A DNA stretch of 64,000 bases, from assembly GCA_030390025.1 (NCBI GenBank), contig CM059432.1:98024001-98088000 (forward strand), given 5' to 3'. Both the position numbers and the translations under genes were made by a program. This stretch comes from Squalus acanthias (lineage: Eukaryota). Shown here piece after piece: positions 11,543-24,039 of this stretch (positions are counted from its first letter, which is position 1; every line of letters starts with the position of its first letter). The notes beneath the pieces were generated by a model. That model worked only from the letters and a program-made list of their open reading frames with translations. It did no database searches and had not been told where the DNA came from.

Positions 11543-13795
11543 GGGGGAAAACTTGGGTTGCTTTGCGCCTCCATTAGCGCCCCCAGGAGGCGTAAAGCCC
11601 CAAGTGCCTGGGCGCAGCACCGCTAACGCCTCCCGTGAAATTCAGCGGGAGGTTAGCAGCGGCAATAGCCGGTAACGCCCCGTTCACGCCCTGGCCGCAA
11701 ACTTCGGTTGCGCCCCTTGACCTATCGCCGAACGATATGTCCGACAGGGTCAGGGTGGTGTATTTGCAGCCGCAGCGGTGCAAGTTAAAGGGCAGGTGTC
11801 GGGCGGCCATTTTTTTCTGGCCGACTGCCAGCACCTGCCCCCTTCCCCTTTTTTCTTCGGGGTGCCGGCCGCGATCCCTCAGACCGGCACTCCTCTTGAG
11901 TGCTGGGCTGTTTTCCTGGCACCCTGCTGGTGGTCCAGCAGGGCCCCGGTGTGCGCAGCGCTAGGCCCCTCCCCTTTAATCAGGGGAGGGAGGCCTGCAA
12001 TTACGCGGCGCTTCAGCATTCCTCGTCATCTGTTGGAGGACAGATTGCTGGATGGCAGTGAGAGCCTGCAAGCCATTTTCCACATTTGTAAATGCAGCCA
12101 CGTTGGCAGCAGTCTGAGCTTGTGAGGCCTGCATAAGAACAGTCTGAGCTTCCACTGCAGCACTCAGACGTTGGGTCGCTTCCGCTTGTGCTGCAATGGA
12201 AGCTGTGACATCGCCCATCACACCCAGCATCATGGTTGGGTCCACAAGTGCTCTAATGCAGTTGCCCATCACTTCTATCCTGGAAATCATGAGCTTCACG
12301 CTCCATGCAAAGCCCTGTGCAATGTTAGAGCTGGACTCCTCCATGCTCCTTGACAGTAACAAAAGGCTCTTTGGCAGGCCTGCCATTGCACCAAGTATTT
12401 CTGTGTGCATGCCTATCACCCTTCTTCTGAAGGCTGCACCATCGATGTCCTCATCTGAGTCCTGTGCAGTAGAACTTGTGTGCGAACTCGCCCTCCAGGG
12501 AGCTGGCCTCTGAGTTACCCTTTCCCTCACCACATGCTGATCCCATCTCTATACTACCCTCTAAAGTTTGCACAGTGCCATTTTCTAAGCTGGTGCTTGG
12601 GAGTGTCAAATCAATTGACAGTGCCTCTTCTTCATCACTCTCCTCCTCTAGTTGTTCATGCACTGGCTGGGCTGCTGGCAGTTCTTAGGTATCTGAAAGG
12701 AGAAATGTACAAGGGTCGGGTTGTGGTGAGAGGAGTGGGGGGAAAGGCAGATGTGCATGCTTACATCGTCAGCAGCTTGTAAGTGAGAAGAGATTGTGCG
12801 ATGAGGGGGAAGTAGGATGTGAGAAGAAGGATTAGGTATGAGCTTACTGTCATCATCAATGCTTTCAACCTCACTGCTTGCCACAGGCTCTTGACGGCCC
12901 CTCCAATGATCTCCAGCGCAGTCTCCTCCAGCGCAGTTAGCTTGTGAAGCCGTGCTTGCCCCCCACCTGTCTGTTGCTGCTCATGCCAGTTGTGAGCCAC
13001 CTTGCCCTGCAAGAGAAAGAAAAATGTGTCAGTGAGTGTTGTGCAATGTTCTTGGGTGATGTGCCTGTCATAGTTGAATAGCTGACATTGTGTGTAAGGT
13101 GTGAGATGTGGATGTGAGGCTTGCAGCAGTGGTAAGTGTGTGAGGGTGATGTGAAGTTATGAATGAGTTATGATTCGTGATTGCTAGAGATTGTTGGTAG
13201 GTGAGTGATGGGGTTTGGTGCATTGAGCAGTGTGTGTGGCTTGTGCTGCAGTTGGTGGGATATGACATTCGAAGATGCATTCACTCACCTTGACCACTCG
13301 AGTGAAGTCATTATACTTCATGCGGCACTATTCCTGGTCCTGGGTGCAACACTGGTGGCACTGACGGCTTGCGCGATCTCCTCCCACTGCCTTCTTACGC
13401 TGTGTCTCGAAGGCCTCCTGCCCCACTGCAGGTAGAGGACCTGTCTCTGTCTATATACCCCCTGGATCAAGGCCTCCAGTGCTGCATCAGAGAAGCAAGG
13501 TGTCATTTCTCTCCCCTGTTGTGCCATTGCTGCAGCTACAGTGATAATGAGGTACTTCTGCAACAAAGCACCTCCCCTTTAAGAAGTGCAGAGAGCTTTT
13601 CACTCTGCAGGCAAACTTGAATTGGACAGCAGACTGCACCCGATAGTTGTCCCCCTGTTGAGCGCTGAGCCAACCAGCAGCACGTTTAGTGCTGGGCTCA
13701 GTGCTGCAATCATGCTAATGAGCCGGCAGCACAAATTTTGGGTGCTGCCTGCACCTACCCGTGCCTGTTTTCGGGCCCAATCCAATTTCACCCCC
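11543..13795. mobile_element. Harbinger-type element carrying only the Myb/SANT gene
   Basis: TIRs gggggaaaacttgg / ccaatttcaccccc; flanks TAT/TAA; internal spliced Myb/SANT gene and no transposase. Confidence 0.8.
11976..13527 (-). pseudogene. Harbinger Myb/SANT-like DNA-binding protein (NAIF1/MSANTD-like), three exons, frameshifted
   Basis: Exon 1 is 13527-13289 (MAQQGREMTPCFSDAALEALIQGV...QWEEIAQAVSATSVAPRT, donor gtgagt). Exon 2 is 13006-12848 (acceptor tttctcttgcag, GKVAHNWHEQQQTGGGQARLHKLTALEE, donor gtaagc). Exon 3 starts at 12692 (acceptor ctcctttcag) with an acidic tract and a coiled-coil-like segment. Confidence 0.8.
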
Positions 13796-15471
13796 TAAGA
13801 ATTTTAGCTTTGCTGCTTTTGACATTACATTTGGACATTGTGGCCGAGAAATCTGATAACGCAGGAAAACGAGCGGTGCCACCGCGGGGTGAGGTTAACT
13901 TGTGCCCGTAAAAAGAGTGTAGGTAGCACCATTATTTTGGTGCTGCCTGCTGATTAAAATGATCGGAGCACAGAACCTACAGTGCAACGCGCTTTTTCAG
14001 TCGGTACGATCAGCAAGAGGCCCAACGTAGCGTAGCTGTAACGTCCCTTGAGTGAGGCAGCATTGTTTTAAAGCTAGCCTTTCATTTTAGAAATCAGTCT
14101 TGAGCCCTTAAAGGGGAACGGCCTTCTAAAATGAAAAAAAGATCATTTAAAAATAGGCAGTCTTTAGCCCTTAGAACTCAACTGCCTTTAAAAAAAAACA
14201 TTTCCAAAATGGCAATCTTCAGCTCTTAAAGCTGACCTGCCTCTGCACGTAAAAAATGGTAAAAGTGATTAAGCACTAACATAAAATCGCTCAACAAGCA
14301 AGGGAAGGGACACCCAGGGTCTCGCACGCAGCACTCAAGCTTTGTGCAGGGGGTCAACACTGTAAGGGAGGTCCTCTACCCACAGGGGGCCAGGAGGCCC
14401 CCAGAAAGAACGATGTGGGACCAGATCACCGAGACCGTCACTGCCAGCAGTGTCACCCCACCACCTGGCTCCAGTGCCCAAAGAAGCTTCATGACCTCAG
14501 ACCACTGATCAAGGTCAGTGAATGCATCTTCAAAAGCTGTCTCCTACCAACTGCACCACTAGCCTCACACACTGCTCAATGCATGATCCCCCCCATCACT
14601 CACCTACCTCAATCTCTACAATCTGTACCAAACACAAGGCACACCTCCCATTCCTAGCTTCACCTCACCCTCTTGGAGGAGACAGTGCTGGGCATTCTTG
14701 GCAGGGGCATGGCTGAGCCCTTGGCCAGCGGTGAGGCTGAAAGAATACAAGATACTGGTATCCTCATACGTTATCCTCCTTCTCGCATCCCGCTTCCCCC
14801 TCATCCCACAACCTGTTCTGATTTACAAGGTGCGCATGGTGTAAGCATGGAAGAAGAAGAAGAAGAAGAAAATAATTTAAAATTTAAATAAAACAACACC
14901 ATCACTCGATTTCCCACTCCCAGCCACCAGCTCCTTGAGGTCATCCTGCAAGGCCATCTGCAGTGTCCCCCACTGAAAGTCCGCAGCCTTCCACCAGCCA
15001 TGCTACAACCACTGGGGTAGCACTGTGTGACATCGCTAGGTTAGGCAAAGGCAAATGCAAGACAGTCACTAAGGGAATGCACAAGGGTGATAGTTGATTT
15101 CTTGACATCACATTGGATGCATGTGTGGATAATGTTGGATTGGAAAGTTTGCTTTGTGGCAGCTTTTATTTCAGCATTGTGGCCAAGAGGATGCTGTGAT
15201 GGTCAGTAACAGATGGAAGGTAAGGTATGGGACAAATGTTGAAAGGGGAATTGGGGTTGTGGTCACTGGTACTGCAGGCGGATGATTCAATCCTGGATAT
15301 CCTGGGCAGAAAGGGACTGTCTGGATTGCATCCTTCTTTCCGCTTCTTCCTCTTCTAATTCTTCCTCTTCTGCTTCTTCCTCTTCCCTCTATGAGCAGCT
15401 TGTCCCCTTTGCTGCCTCTGTTTCATCTCCATGTGCCCCCAGGACTGTGAGCACGTGGTCTTCTCAGAGGC

Positions 15472-16387
15472 AAAACACTGCAGATGCTGGAAATCTGAAA
15501 TAAAAGTAGATAATGCTGGAAATACTCAGCAGGTCAGGCAGCTTCTTGACCTGAAACATTGGCCTAGAAATTCGATTCGGAGGCTTGCCGCGGGGGTAAG
15601 GATCGCACATGATATCACCTACCGCGTCTGCCGTCCTTGTTTGCCCCCGCAGGAACTTCGGGTCCTGGGCCTCTCCCTAATGCCGGCGCGCAGTGCTTGC
15701 GTGTTCCAGGGGCGCAGTTAGTGCGATGCGACCCTTGGGATCACGTGGGCCATGGAGAGCCAATGGCAGCAGACCATCTTTCATTCATAGATTTGACAGG
15801 AGACCTGGCAAATCTGTGAATTGAAATCGGCCTCAAAAGAACAGCTAAACCTCAAATAAATTTTAAAAAACCCCATCACATTAATAAAATAACTATAGTT
15901 AAATAAATTAACCACTTTAAACAAAAATGTAAATTTTTGAAAAAATTAAAATACTTTTTAAAAGTTATAAAAATAAACTTACCTTTCTTTAAAGTCTCTA
16001 AAAAAGATAAACCTGTTGAAAAAATGTTTAAATTATACTTAATTAACTACTTACCTTGTTCAAAAGTGGTCTTACGCCTCCTTTTTACTTGTGTAGACTC
16101 TTCAATACTTACCCTCGCGTTGAAACCTGAAAAAAAACCTAAGTGTGTTGCGTGCGCACAGCCTCTAGTGCGCACGCGGTTCACCTTGGAACTGCCCCCT
16201 TCGCCATACCGGAAGTGCCGGTTTCCCGCGCATGCGCAGTGCATGCAGGAAACCGGCACTTCGGGAATGAATACGGGTGAGTACGCACTGAGTACTCACC
16301 CGAGAACGGTCTGAATTTTTGGGCCATTAACTCTGTTTCTCTCTCCACAGATGCTGTCTGACCAGCTGAGTGTTTCCAGCATCTTCT
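15472..16387. repeat. Penelope-derived palindromic short repeat inserted in Harbinger copy 2
   Basis: gatgctggaaatctgaaataaaa...tactcagcaggtcaggcagc...ccacagatgctg, flanked by the duplication GTCTTCTCAGAGGC (15458-15471, 16388-16401). Confidence 0.8.
15561..16325. mobile_element. Harbinger-type MITE with internal palindromes, copy A
   Basis: TIRs ggcctagaaattc / gaatttttgggcc with a perfect TSD ATT; homologous to 45669-46410. Confidence 0.9.
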
Positions 16388-17539
16388 GTCTTCTCAGAGG
16401 CCTTCCTTTAACATCCAAAGTCTTGCAAATGTCCAGCAACACTCCCTGCACTTTAACAACTTTTTTAATGTATTGCACCAAGCCACTACTTCAATAAAAT
16501 ATTTTTTTTAAGTCCAAAAGCTGAAATCCAAACTGAAAGAAGTGTGCACCCCTTTAAGAAGCGTTGACAGCGTCTCTGCAGGGCTGCTTCAAGCACATTG
16601 TTCTGTACATATTTAGGACAGGGCGTTATGGTGTGCGAGAACATCCAAAATAGCAGTCGTGGCGTTAAATTATGCACTGCACACCGATTGACATCATGAT
16701 CTTTTATGTCAACGGCAACACTATGGCCCTCACCAAATTGCCGTCTGCCTTGTCCCGCACCGGAAGCGGGTGGAGGCGAGGCGGCCACCATTTTGTCAAC
16801 AAAACCGGCCTCAACGGCTGGCGCTACAACATGGAATTTCTAGGCCACTAAGTTTAAACTGCAAAGGCAGCAATGTGCAGAAACTTTTGATGAGCTTCGA
16901 ATAGTCCTTTGGTTCTCAAAACAACTTTGGTTCTCAAAACAACTGACTTGGAAACAGAGTGCTGAGACAGTTAGAAATCCTTGAGAATCTAGGAAGGACG
17001 TCCAAGAACAAGAATAAGAAATTTCAAGCGCTACGAGAGAGCTGATTGCTTTTTTGCCTGGATGCTGAAATCTTTGGTTTTAAGGTTGTATGCATTTATT
17101 CATTTGGTTGGTGCTTGTGCGAATTGTCATTTTTTGATTAACAAACCTATTGTGTACGTGTGATTTTCTTTAACTAACTACTGTCCAGTTTCACGAATCA
17201 CTGAAACATCTGTATCCCTATAGCATTACTTCTTTGCTTTTGTACTCTATGCCACTGATAATAAAACCTCGGAACCGATATGCTTTTTTCAGGTTTATTA
17301 TTTGTCCTCCCAACTTTAAAGTGATTAGCTCACCCCAGCCTCAGTGGTAACAATACATTTAAGACAGCTAAATAAGTAATTACAAAAAACACCTTATTAT
17401 ACAATTTGAACTTTATTCATAACTTATTTTGAGCTCTTTGACTGTTATTAGGAGCAAACCGACAGAGATATATATATATACAATATATTATAGTCTCTGG
17501 CAGGCATCATGGGAAATGCTATCTGGTTTGATAATGACA

Positions 17540-17818
17540 AAAATGTGTGGGTTAGGTTGATTTGGCTATGATAAATTGACCCTTAGTGTTAGGGGGGATT
17601 AAATATGTGGGGTTATGGGGATAGGATGGGATATGTTAGGGGGAATTAAATACGTGGGGTTACGGGGGTAGGGTGGGATATGTGTACTGTGGGGATTAAA
17701 GCAGGGACAGGGTACTGGATTTGGATGATCAGCCATGATCGTATTGAATGGCGGAGCAGGCTCGACGGGCCGAATGGCCTACTCCTGCTCCTAGATTCTA
17801 TGTTTCTATGTTTCTATG
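17540..17818 (+). mobile_element. HE1/V-SINE-like 3' fragment with CR1-derived tail
   Basis: tgtgtgggttaggttgatttggctatgataaattgacccttagtg, followed by gggccgaatggcctactcctgctcct and (TTCTATGT)n. Confidence 0.6.
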
Positions 17819-17879
17819 ACATGTTTTGAATCTCTGAGTGAAGAATACAAATGTCCCTAACTGTTTGCTATTTCCAACT

Positions 17880-18160
17880 GAACAGGTGCTTCATTGGATG
17901 GATTTGTCCAACAAGAGACTCTCCTTTGTGCCCTGGCATCTCTACTGCAGGAGGCCTCTGTGCATTCTTATGGTTTCCCCTTTGATGTATTGTTGCTGCT
18001 TCTCTTTAAAATTTATGAGTAAGCCCCTTTCAATGGCAAGGTTGTGCAGCATGCAATATATGACTATTATTCTGCCAATGCATTCTGCAACATATTGCAA
18101 GACTCCCTTCCCCAAACATGAAGAGACATGAAAAAGATACAGTGCTTGCAAATCACTGAA
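17880..18160 (-). pseudogene. Harbinger (HARBI1-like, DDE_Tnp_4) transposase C-terminal remnant
   Basis: CLGKGVLQYVAECIGRIIVIYCMLHNLAIERG resembles the conserved GALQY...CCxLHN block. Confidence 0.75.
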
Positions 18161-18879
18161 ATAAAGTGTATGTAGAGAACGATTAACTTTTGCACCTTTC
18201 AGACACAGGATAAACTGATATTTTAAGAAACTGGTAAGTTGAAAGGAAATAATTCAAAGCTGTAATCTAATATAGGGTTTCAGGTGACATTCACAAACTG
18301 TTCAAGCTTCATTCTCTTTGCTCATTATTTCATTTCAACTGCTCGATTAGACTACAGATATGCAATTACTCTCTGCTGTCCATTATTTTATGTATTTTGT
18401 TTATTCATGTTCAGTTTCTTTTCAGCACTTTCCATTGATGCTTGTATATTTTTCATTTTCATGCTGACCTGTATTTCAAATCAGTTGCTGCCATTTGATA
18501 GTCCTTTTTAAATTAAAAACAAAATTTGAATTACTTTTCACTTCATGCTTGTGCTATTTTCGTTGGTTTTCATTTCTTTCTTTAGTTTCTGACCTTTTCT
18601 CCCACACTTTCACACTGTTTGGCAAGTAAGAGTGACAGGATTTGTAATGAATGTGATCAGCGCCCAGCAGTGCAAGAATTGGTTGTACTTGTTGCCCAGT
18701 GATCAAAGCTGCTCCACATGCTGTTTTCACACATACAGCAGGGATAATGATGGTGTCTGCATGGGCCTCAGCAATCAATTTCACCCGTAAAGAAGGAGAG
18801 GAGCAAAGAAGGGAGAAGCGATCAAAGGTTGTTATTCAAATTAATTGGTGAAATCACCACACATTGTGTTGCTGAGTAT

Positions 18880-19130
18880 AATGTCCCAAGTATGATCCAA
18901 GGTCTGTGCAGAGTTAGCTAAACTCAGCTGAGGTACCAGCAGGGCACTACAATTGCTATCAATGTCATTGGTTCAGGGAAGGCGAATCAGCCAAAGTCCT
19001 CATTCCTGTTTGCTATCCAGTGACCTTTGCTGGGAAGTTGTTAAGTTAGTTAGGATGCCCTCCTTACTCAAACCACTTACTGACTTTCAATATCTACGCT
19101 CACACATGGAGAATTTGATGAGACACTGGA
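18880..19130 (+). mobile_element. Old SINE-like repeat, family not named
   Basis: Degenerate B-box-like start followed by ggtctgtgcagagttagctaaactcagc...gctatccagtgacc, recalled as a shark SINE body. Confidence 0.4.
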
Positions 19131-20362
19131 CAGCCTGTGGATCTCCAACCCAGCACCTTCAAAAAAAATCATCTTACTTGGATGAACTGTGTTTTGCTGA
19201 AACAATTACTTTTACAAGAACATGAAGAAAATCAGGCAAGACAAAAGGTATTTAACCCAAAAAATCTCATCTCTCTAAAACTTAAACTCTCGCATCTTAA
19301 CATTCAACTATATTTTGTTTTTGTCAGTACTACTGTGCCTGGGGGAAAAAAAACTTAATTCACTCTTTGAGCAAAGAGGTTCTTCCTGATATCTGTCATC
19401 GATTTAATTTCACTAATTTCCACTTATGTTCCTAACTTACTTTGGGATGATACTGAGGACCTCTATTTCAGTTCAAATGTCACCAGCATGTTTGCTCCAG
19501 TATTAATTAAAATTCGTTCTGATGATGCATTCTGTGGTGTATAAAAAATGTGTCATGACTGATTTTAGAAGAAAAAAGCATTGCACTGAGAATTAATAAA
19601 TTAGTGTTGGCTTCATCATTTTGTTAATATTTCTTTAGAGAAGAAATAAAATTTAGAAATGAATAGCTATGACTTTGCTCATGCTCTGAATTTCTGGGCT
19701 TTGGATTACTGTGAAATGTTTTAAACTTAACAGATGCTCCTCCCACCAGCTGAGACAGGAGGTTAAAACATGAAATATATTAATAAGCAAATAACTGGAA
19801 AAGCTCGACAAACGATCCCTTATGATCACCAGTTTAATACAATTGTGGACTGTGCAACACTTTTGATTAAAATCTGCTGAATAAACTAATTTTAATCACT
19901 AAACACAAAGTATGCTTATCTGTTTCCATGATTCTTCACAACATATGACCTTATCGAAGTCTCCCTTGATTTCCCTTAAAGTCTGTTTTCTCATAATTTT
20001 GGAATTTCTGCACAGATGATTCTAGGAAATGGAAATGGAAATTAAGTACAACATCTACAAAGTGGCCCACATTTTCCGTCAACCCTCACAATTTTGTTTT
20101 TTCCTCCTTTGAAGGAGCTTGCTCTGGTGGTGATATGTTTCCGACAATGTGATCAGTCTCCAGTAACTCATCCAATTGGCCAGTGTAAACGCTGCAAGGA
20201 AAGGATTAGTTAAATTGTCTTGAATCTCTTTGCATTAATTTTTAGCTGTTACCTGTAAAGTGAGTTTCAATATTCTGTTAGCCATTGGAAATTGGAAGTT
20301 ACCAGAAAGAGATGTTTAGTTGATAAAGATTCAGCTGCAACTTTCCTTTGTCCTACCCCCAG

Positions 20363-22000
20363 AGATCATAGAATCATAGAATCATAGAATGGTTACAGCA
20401 CGGAAGAAGGTCATTCGGCCCATCGAGCCTGTGCCGACTCTCAGCTAGTCCCACTCCCACGCACTTTCCCTGTAGCCCTGAAAATATTTTCCTTCAGATA
20501 CTTATCCAACTTCCTTTTGAAAGATAAAATTGAGTCTGCCTCCACCACCCTTTCAGGCAGTGCATTCCAGATCTTAACCACTCGCTGCATAAAAATGTTT
20601 TTTCTTATGTCACCTTTGGATCTTCTGCCAATCACCTTAAATCTGTGTCCTCTGGTTCTCGACCCTTCTGCCAATGGGAACAGTTTCTCTATCTACTCTG
20701 TCCAGACCCCTCATGATTTTGAACACCTCTATCAAATCTCCTCTCAAATCTTTTCTGCTCCAAGGAGCACAACCCCAGCTTCTCCAGTCTATCAACATAA
20801 CTGAAGTCCCTCATTCCTGGAATCATTCTCATAAATCTTTTCTGCACCTTCTCTAAGGCCTTCACATCCTTCCTAGAGTGTGGTGTCCAGAATTGGACAC
20901 AGTACTCCAGTTGGGGCTGAACCATGTGTTTTATACAGGTTCATCATAATTTCCACACTTTTGTACTCTATACCTCTATTTATGAAGCCCAGGATCCTGT
21001 AAGCCTTTTTAACTGCTTTCTCAACTGTTCTGCCACCTTCAACGATTTGTGCACACATACCCCCAGTTCTCTCTGTTCGTGCACCCCCATCAGGATTGTA
21101 CCATTTAGTTTATATGTCCTCTCCTCATTCTTTCTACCAAAATGTATCACTTCACACTTTTCTGCGTTAAATTTCATCTGCCACGTGTCCGCCCATTTCA
21201 CCAGCCTCTCTATGTTTTCCTGAAGTCTATCACTTTCCTCCTCACTGTTCACTATACTTCCAAGTTTTATGTCATCTGCAAATTTTGAACTTGTGCCCTG
21301 TACACCCAAGTCCAAGTCATTAATATATATCAAGAAAAGCAGTGATCCTAGAGCCGACTCCTGGGGAACACTACTGTATACCTTCCTCCAGTCCGAAAAA
21401 CAATCATTCATCTCTGCTCTGTTTCCTGTCACTTAGCCAATTTTGTATCCATGCTGCCACTGTCTCTTTTATTCTATGGGCTTCAATTTTGCTGGCAAGC
21501 CTATTATCTGGCACTTTGTCGAACGCCTTTTGGAAATCCATGTACACTACGTCAACCGCATTACCCTCATCAACCCTTTCTGATACCTCATCAAAAAACT
21601 TGATCAAGTTAGTTAAACACGATTTGCCTTTAACAAATCCATGCTGGCTTTCTTTAATTAATCCACACCTCTCGAAGTGACTGTTAATTTCATCCCTGAT
21701 TACTGTTTCTAAAATCTTCCCCACTTCCGAGGTTAAGCTGACTGGCTTGTAGTTGCTGGGTTTATCTTTACACCCTTTTTTAACAAGGGTGTAACATTTG
21801 CAATTCTCCAGTCCTCTGGCACCACCCCCGCATCTAAGGAGCATTGGAATATTAAGGCCAATACTTCTGCGATTTCCGCCCTCAATTCCCTCAGCATCCT
21901 AGGATGCATCCCATCCGTTCCTGGTGATTTATCTACTTTAAGTACAGCCAGCCTTTCTAATACCTCCTCTTTATCAATTTTTATCCGATCAAGATCTCTC
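20363..22000 (-). mobile_element. CR1 LINE, 5'-truncated and frameshifted
   Basis: (ATAGAATC)n tail at about 20365-20390; ORF pieces QHGFVKGKSCLTN, YMDFQKAFDKVP, KFADD and QLEYCVQFW. Confidence 0.93.
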
Positions 22001-23019
22001 AGTTGTTCTCCCAGGAGACATCCTCCATGGCCGCATCTGCTTTAAGAATGTGGTCAAGTGATAACGTCACCTGTAGGGGAGCCTTTGTTCACTAATCTCT
22101 CTGTAACTGTCTCCAGTTGAATGCTTTTATTGACAATTTTGTCAAGATAAAGCTAAAAGTTTGGGGAGTTATTCTTGTTAAAGCTGCAGTTATCAATGTG
22201 AGAGAACAGCTAATATGAAACATGTGGAATCTCATGTAGCCAGGTGGGAAAAAGGCATAAAAGAAAGGGTGTTAGGAGAGATAGCTCAGAATTTGATGAG
22301 GCCTATTCAGCCGTGAACCCCTGGAGCTCAAGAACTGTAACGTTTGAATTCTCTGGTGAACTCTCAAGGTATTGCTGTAAGTGTGCTGTTAAGTGTATGT
22401 GTAATTAATTTCAATGACAGTTATCACTGTCTGCTGAATACTCTGTGAATGCCAACAATAAATGCTTTTAAACCCTATTAAGACAGTGACAGCCATTCAC
22501 CCAGTGCATATTTTAATAGGGATAGTAGTGATAAAAACAGGAATCCTCGTTATTTTCCCCTTTCTAGCCCAGGATCACTGATACTGTGGGGGCCATTTTC
22601 CAATATGGCAAAGAACCTCACCTGTGATGCACACATTGCAAAGTTGTGAGTCCATTACCCACATTGTTCCATCCAGATAGACCAAAAATTGCAGGTAGCG
22701 TGCATAAACTTTTGATATGCACTGGTGGTGAGCAAGGTTCCTCTTCACCAACAGATACTTGGAAAATTCATTTTTTTTGTAGCAGTCAGCTAACTCATCA
22801 TAGTATCACCCTGCTGAAGTGCAGGAAGGGGTTTAGGTTTGTGCATGCAAGTAATTACTGTTAGGGGGGATAGCCATACTGTAAGATCCTAAGTTTGAGG
22901 CCTCCTTTAACCAGAGTATATTATGAAGGATTAGTTGTATAATTGTTACTTTTAGAGGGTATAGAGTGTGCTGGTGCTCAGGGTGCCCAAGGAAGAAAAG
23001 GGAGAGTAGTTGGTGTGTT

Positions 23020-23280
23020 ACCTTGCCTGTTTTGGTCAGGTCATTGAACTTTTTGCAGCACTGGTGTTCAGTCCTGGGGGTGAGGGAATTGGCACTCAGT
23101 GCCCATGCGACCTTCCCCCATGTGATATGACTGACTCTTTTGGCAGGGTTCCTGCAATGGACATCTGACAGTCTGTCTCTCCTGAGCTCTATTGCCATTG
23201 AGGAGGGTTTACTTTTCCATTTCTGAGAAATTATGACATTGTCTTCTCTGTCTCCATGCCATACCCTTGTCGCTTGTTTG
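23020..23280 (-). pseudogene. Harbinger Myb/SANT exon remnant
   Basis: WGKVAWALSANSLTPRTEHQCCKKFNDLTKTGK followed by a donor-like gtaac. Confidence 0.75.
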
Positions 23281-23724
23281 ACTGCCTCTGCCAGCTGTTC
23301 TGGCATTAGACATTCTTGAAAAGTGGCACAAAAACAGCCAGGAGTCATGCAGTCAAGTTAGCTGACAGTCAACTGACTGAGCCAAGCACTGTTCCTTACT
23401 TACCCGCTGCTCCCCCAGCCTGGGTCAGTTCATCTGCATAACTGTTGGAACATTGGCGTACATACTGTGTAAAAGGGGTGTAATCTGCTACAGTGCATGG
23501 AAATTGGCATGTAGTCTAGTTCAGCCTAAGTTCAGCCTAAGTTCAGCCTGCATACAGATTTTTTCGGAATCCTGCAGGAAATGGAAATCATGAGGTGCAG
23601 TCTCCTGGATGGCCATTCCAGCAAGCCAGCTAGAAATATCACTTATGTCACCTGGAGGATGGGTAGGAATTCCTTTGTGGGTTCTGAATGTGCTACTACG
23701 ATTCAGATTTATAGAATTGAAGGA

Positions 23725-24035
23725 TTCATAGAAACTTACAGCATAGAAGGAGGCCATGTGGCCCTTTGAAAGTGCTGGCTCTTTGAAAGAGCAGTCGTGC
23801 TCATCCTCAAGTATCTGTCCAACTCTGTTTTAAAATTATTCATGGAATCAGCTTCCACCACCTTTTCAGGTCGAGCATTCCAGATCCCGACAACTCTCTG
23901 AGTGAAAAGATTTCTCCTCATCTCCCCTCTAGGTCTTTTACCAATGATTTTGAATCTATGACCTCCAGTTATTGACTCACTCACCAGAGGGAATTTGTTT
24001 TCCCTATTTACTCTATCAAAACCTCTTATCATCTT
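23725..24035 (-). mobile_element. CR1 3' fragment
   Basis: KMIRGFDRV...RRNLFTQRVVGIWN. Confidence 0.85.
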
Positions 24036-24039
24036 GAAT

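Larger units (their letters stand above)
13842..16846. mobile_element. Non-autonomous Harbinger-type element, copy 2 (Myb remnant on +, collapsed transposase on -)
   Basis: TIRs ggccgagaaat / atttctaggcc. A Myb exon remnant at about 14286-14513 ends in donor gtcagt, and a GAR-rich tract lies at 15340-15390. TSD is ambiguous. Confidence 0.78.

Noticed and set aside
23519..23549. Short direct repeats (GTTCAGCCTAA x3; also 16907-16945, 33786-33810, 61833-61860)
   Set aside because: Local slippage duplications with no spacers, so not CRISPR-like.
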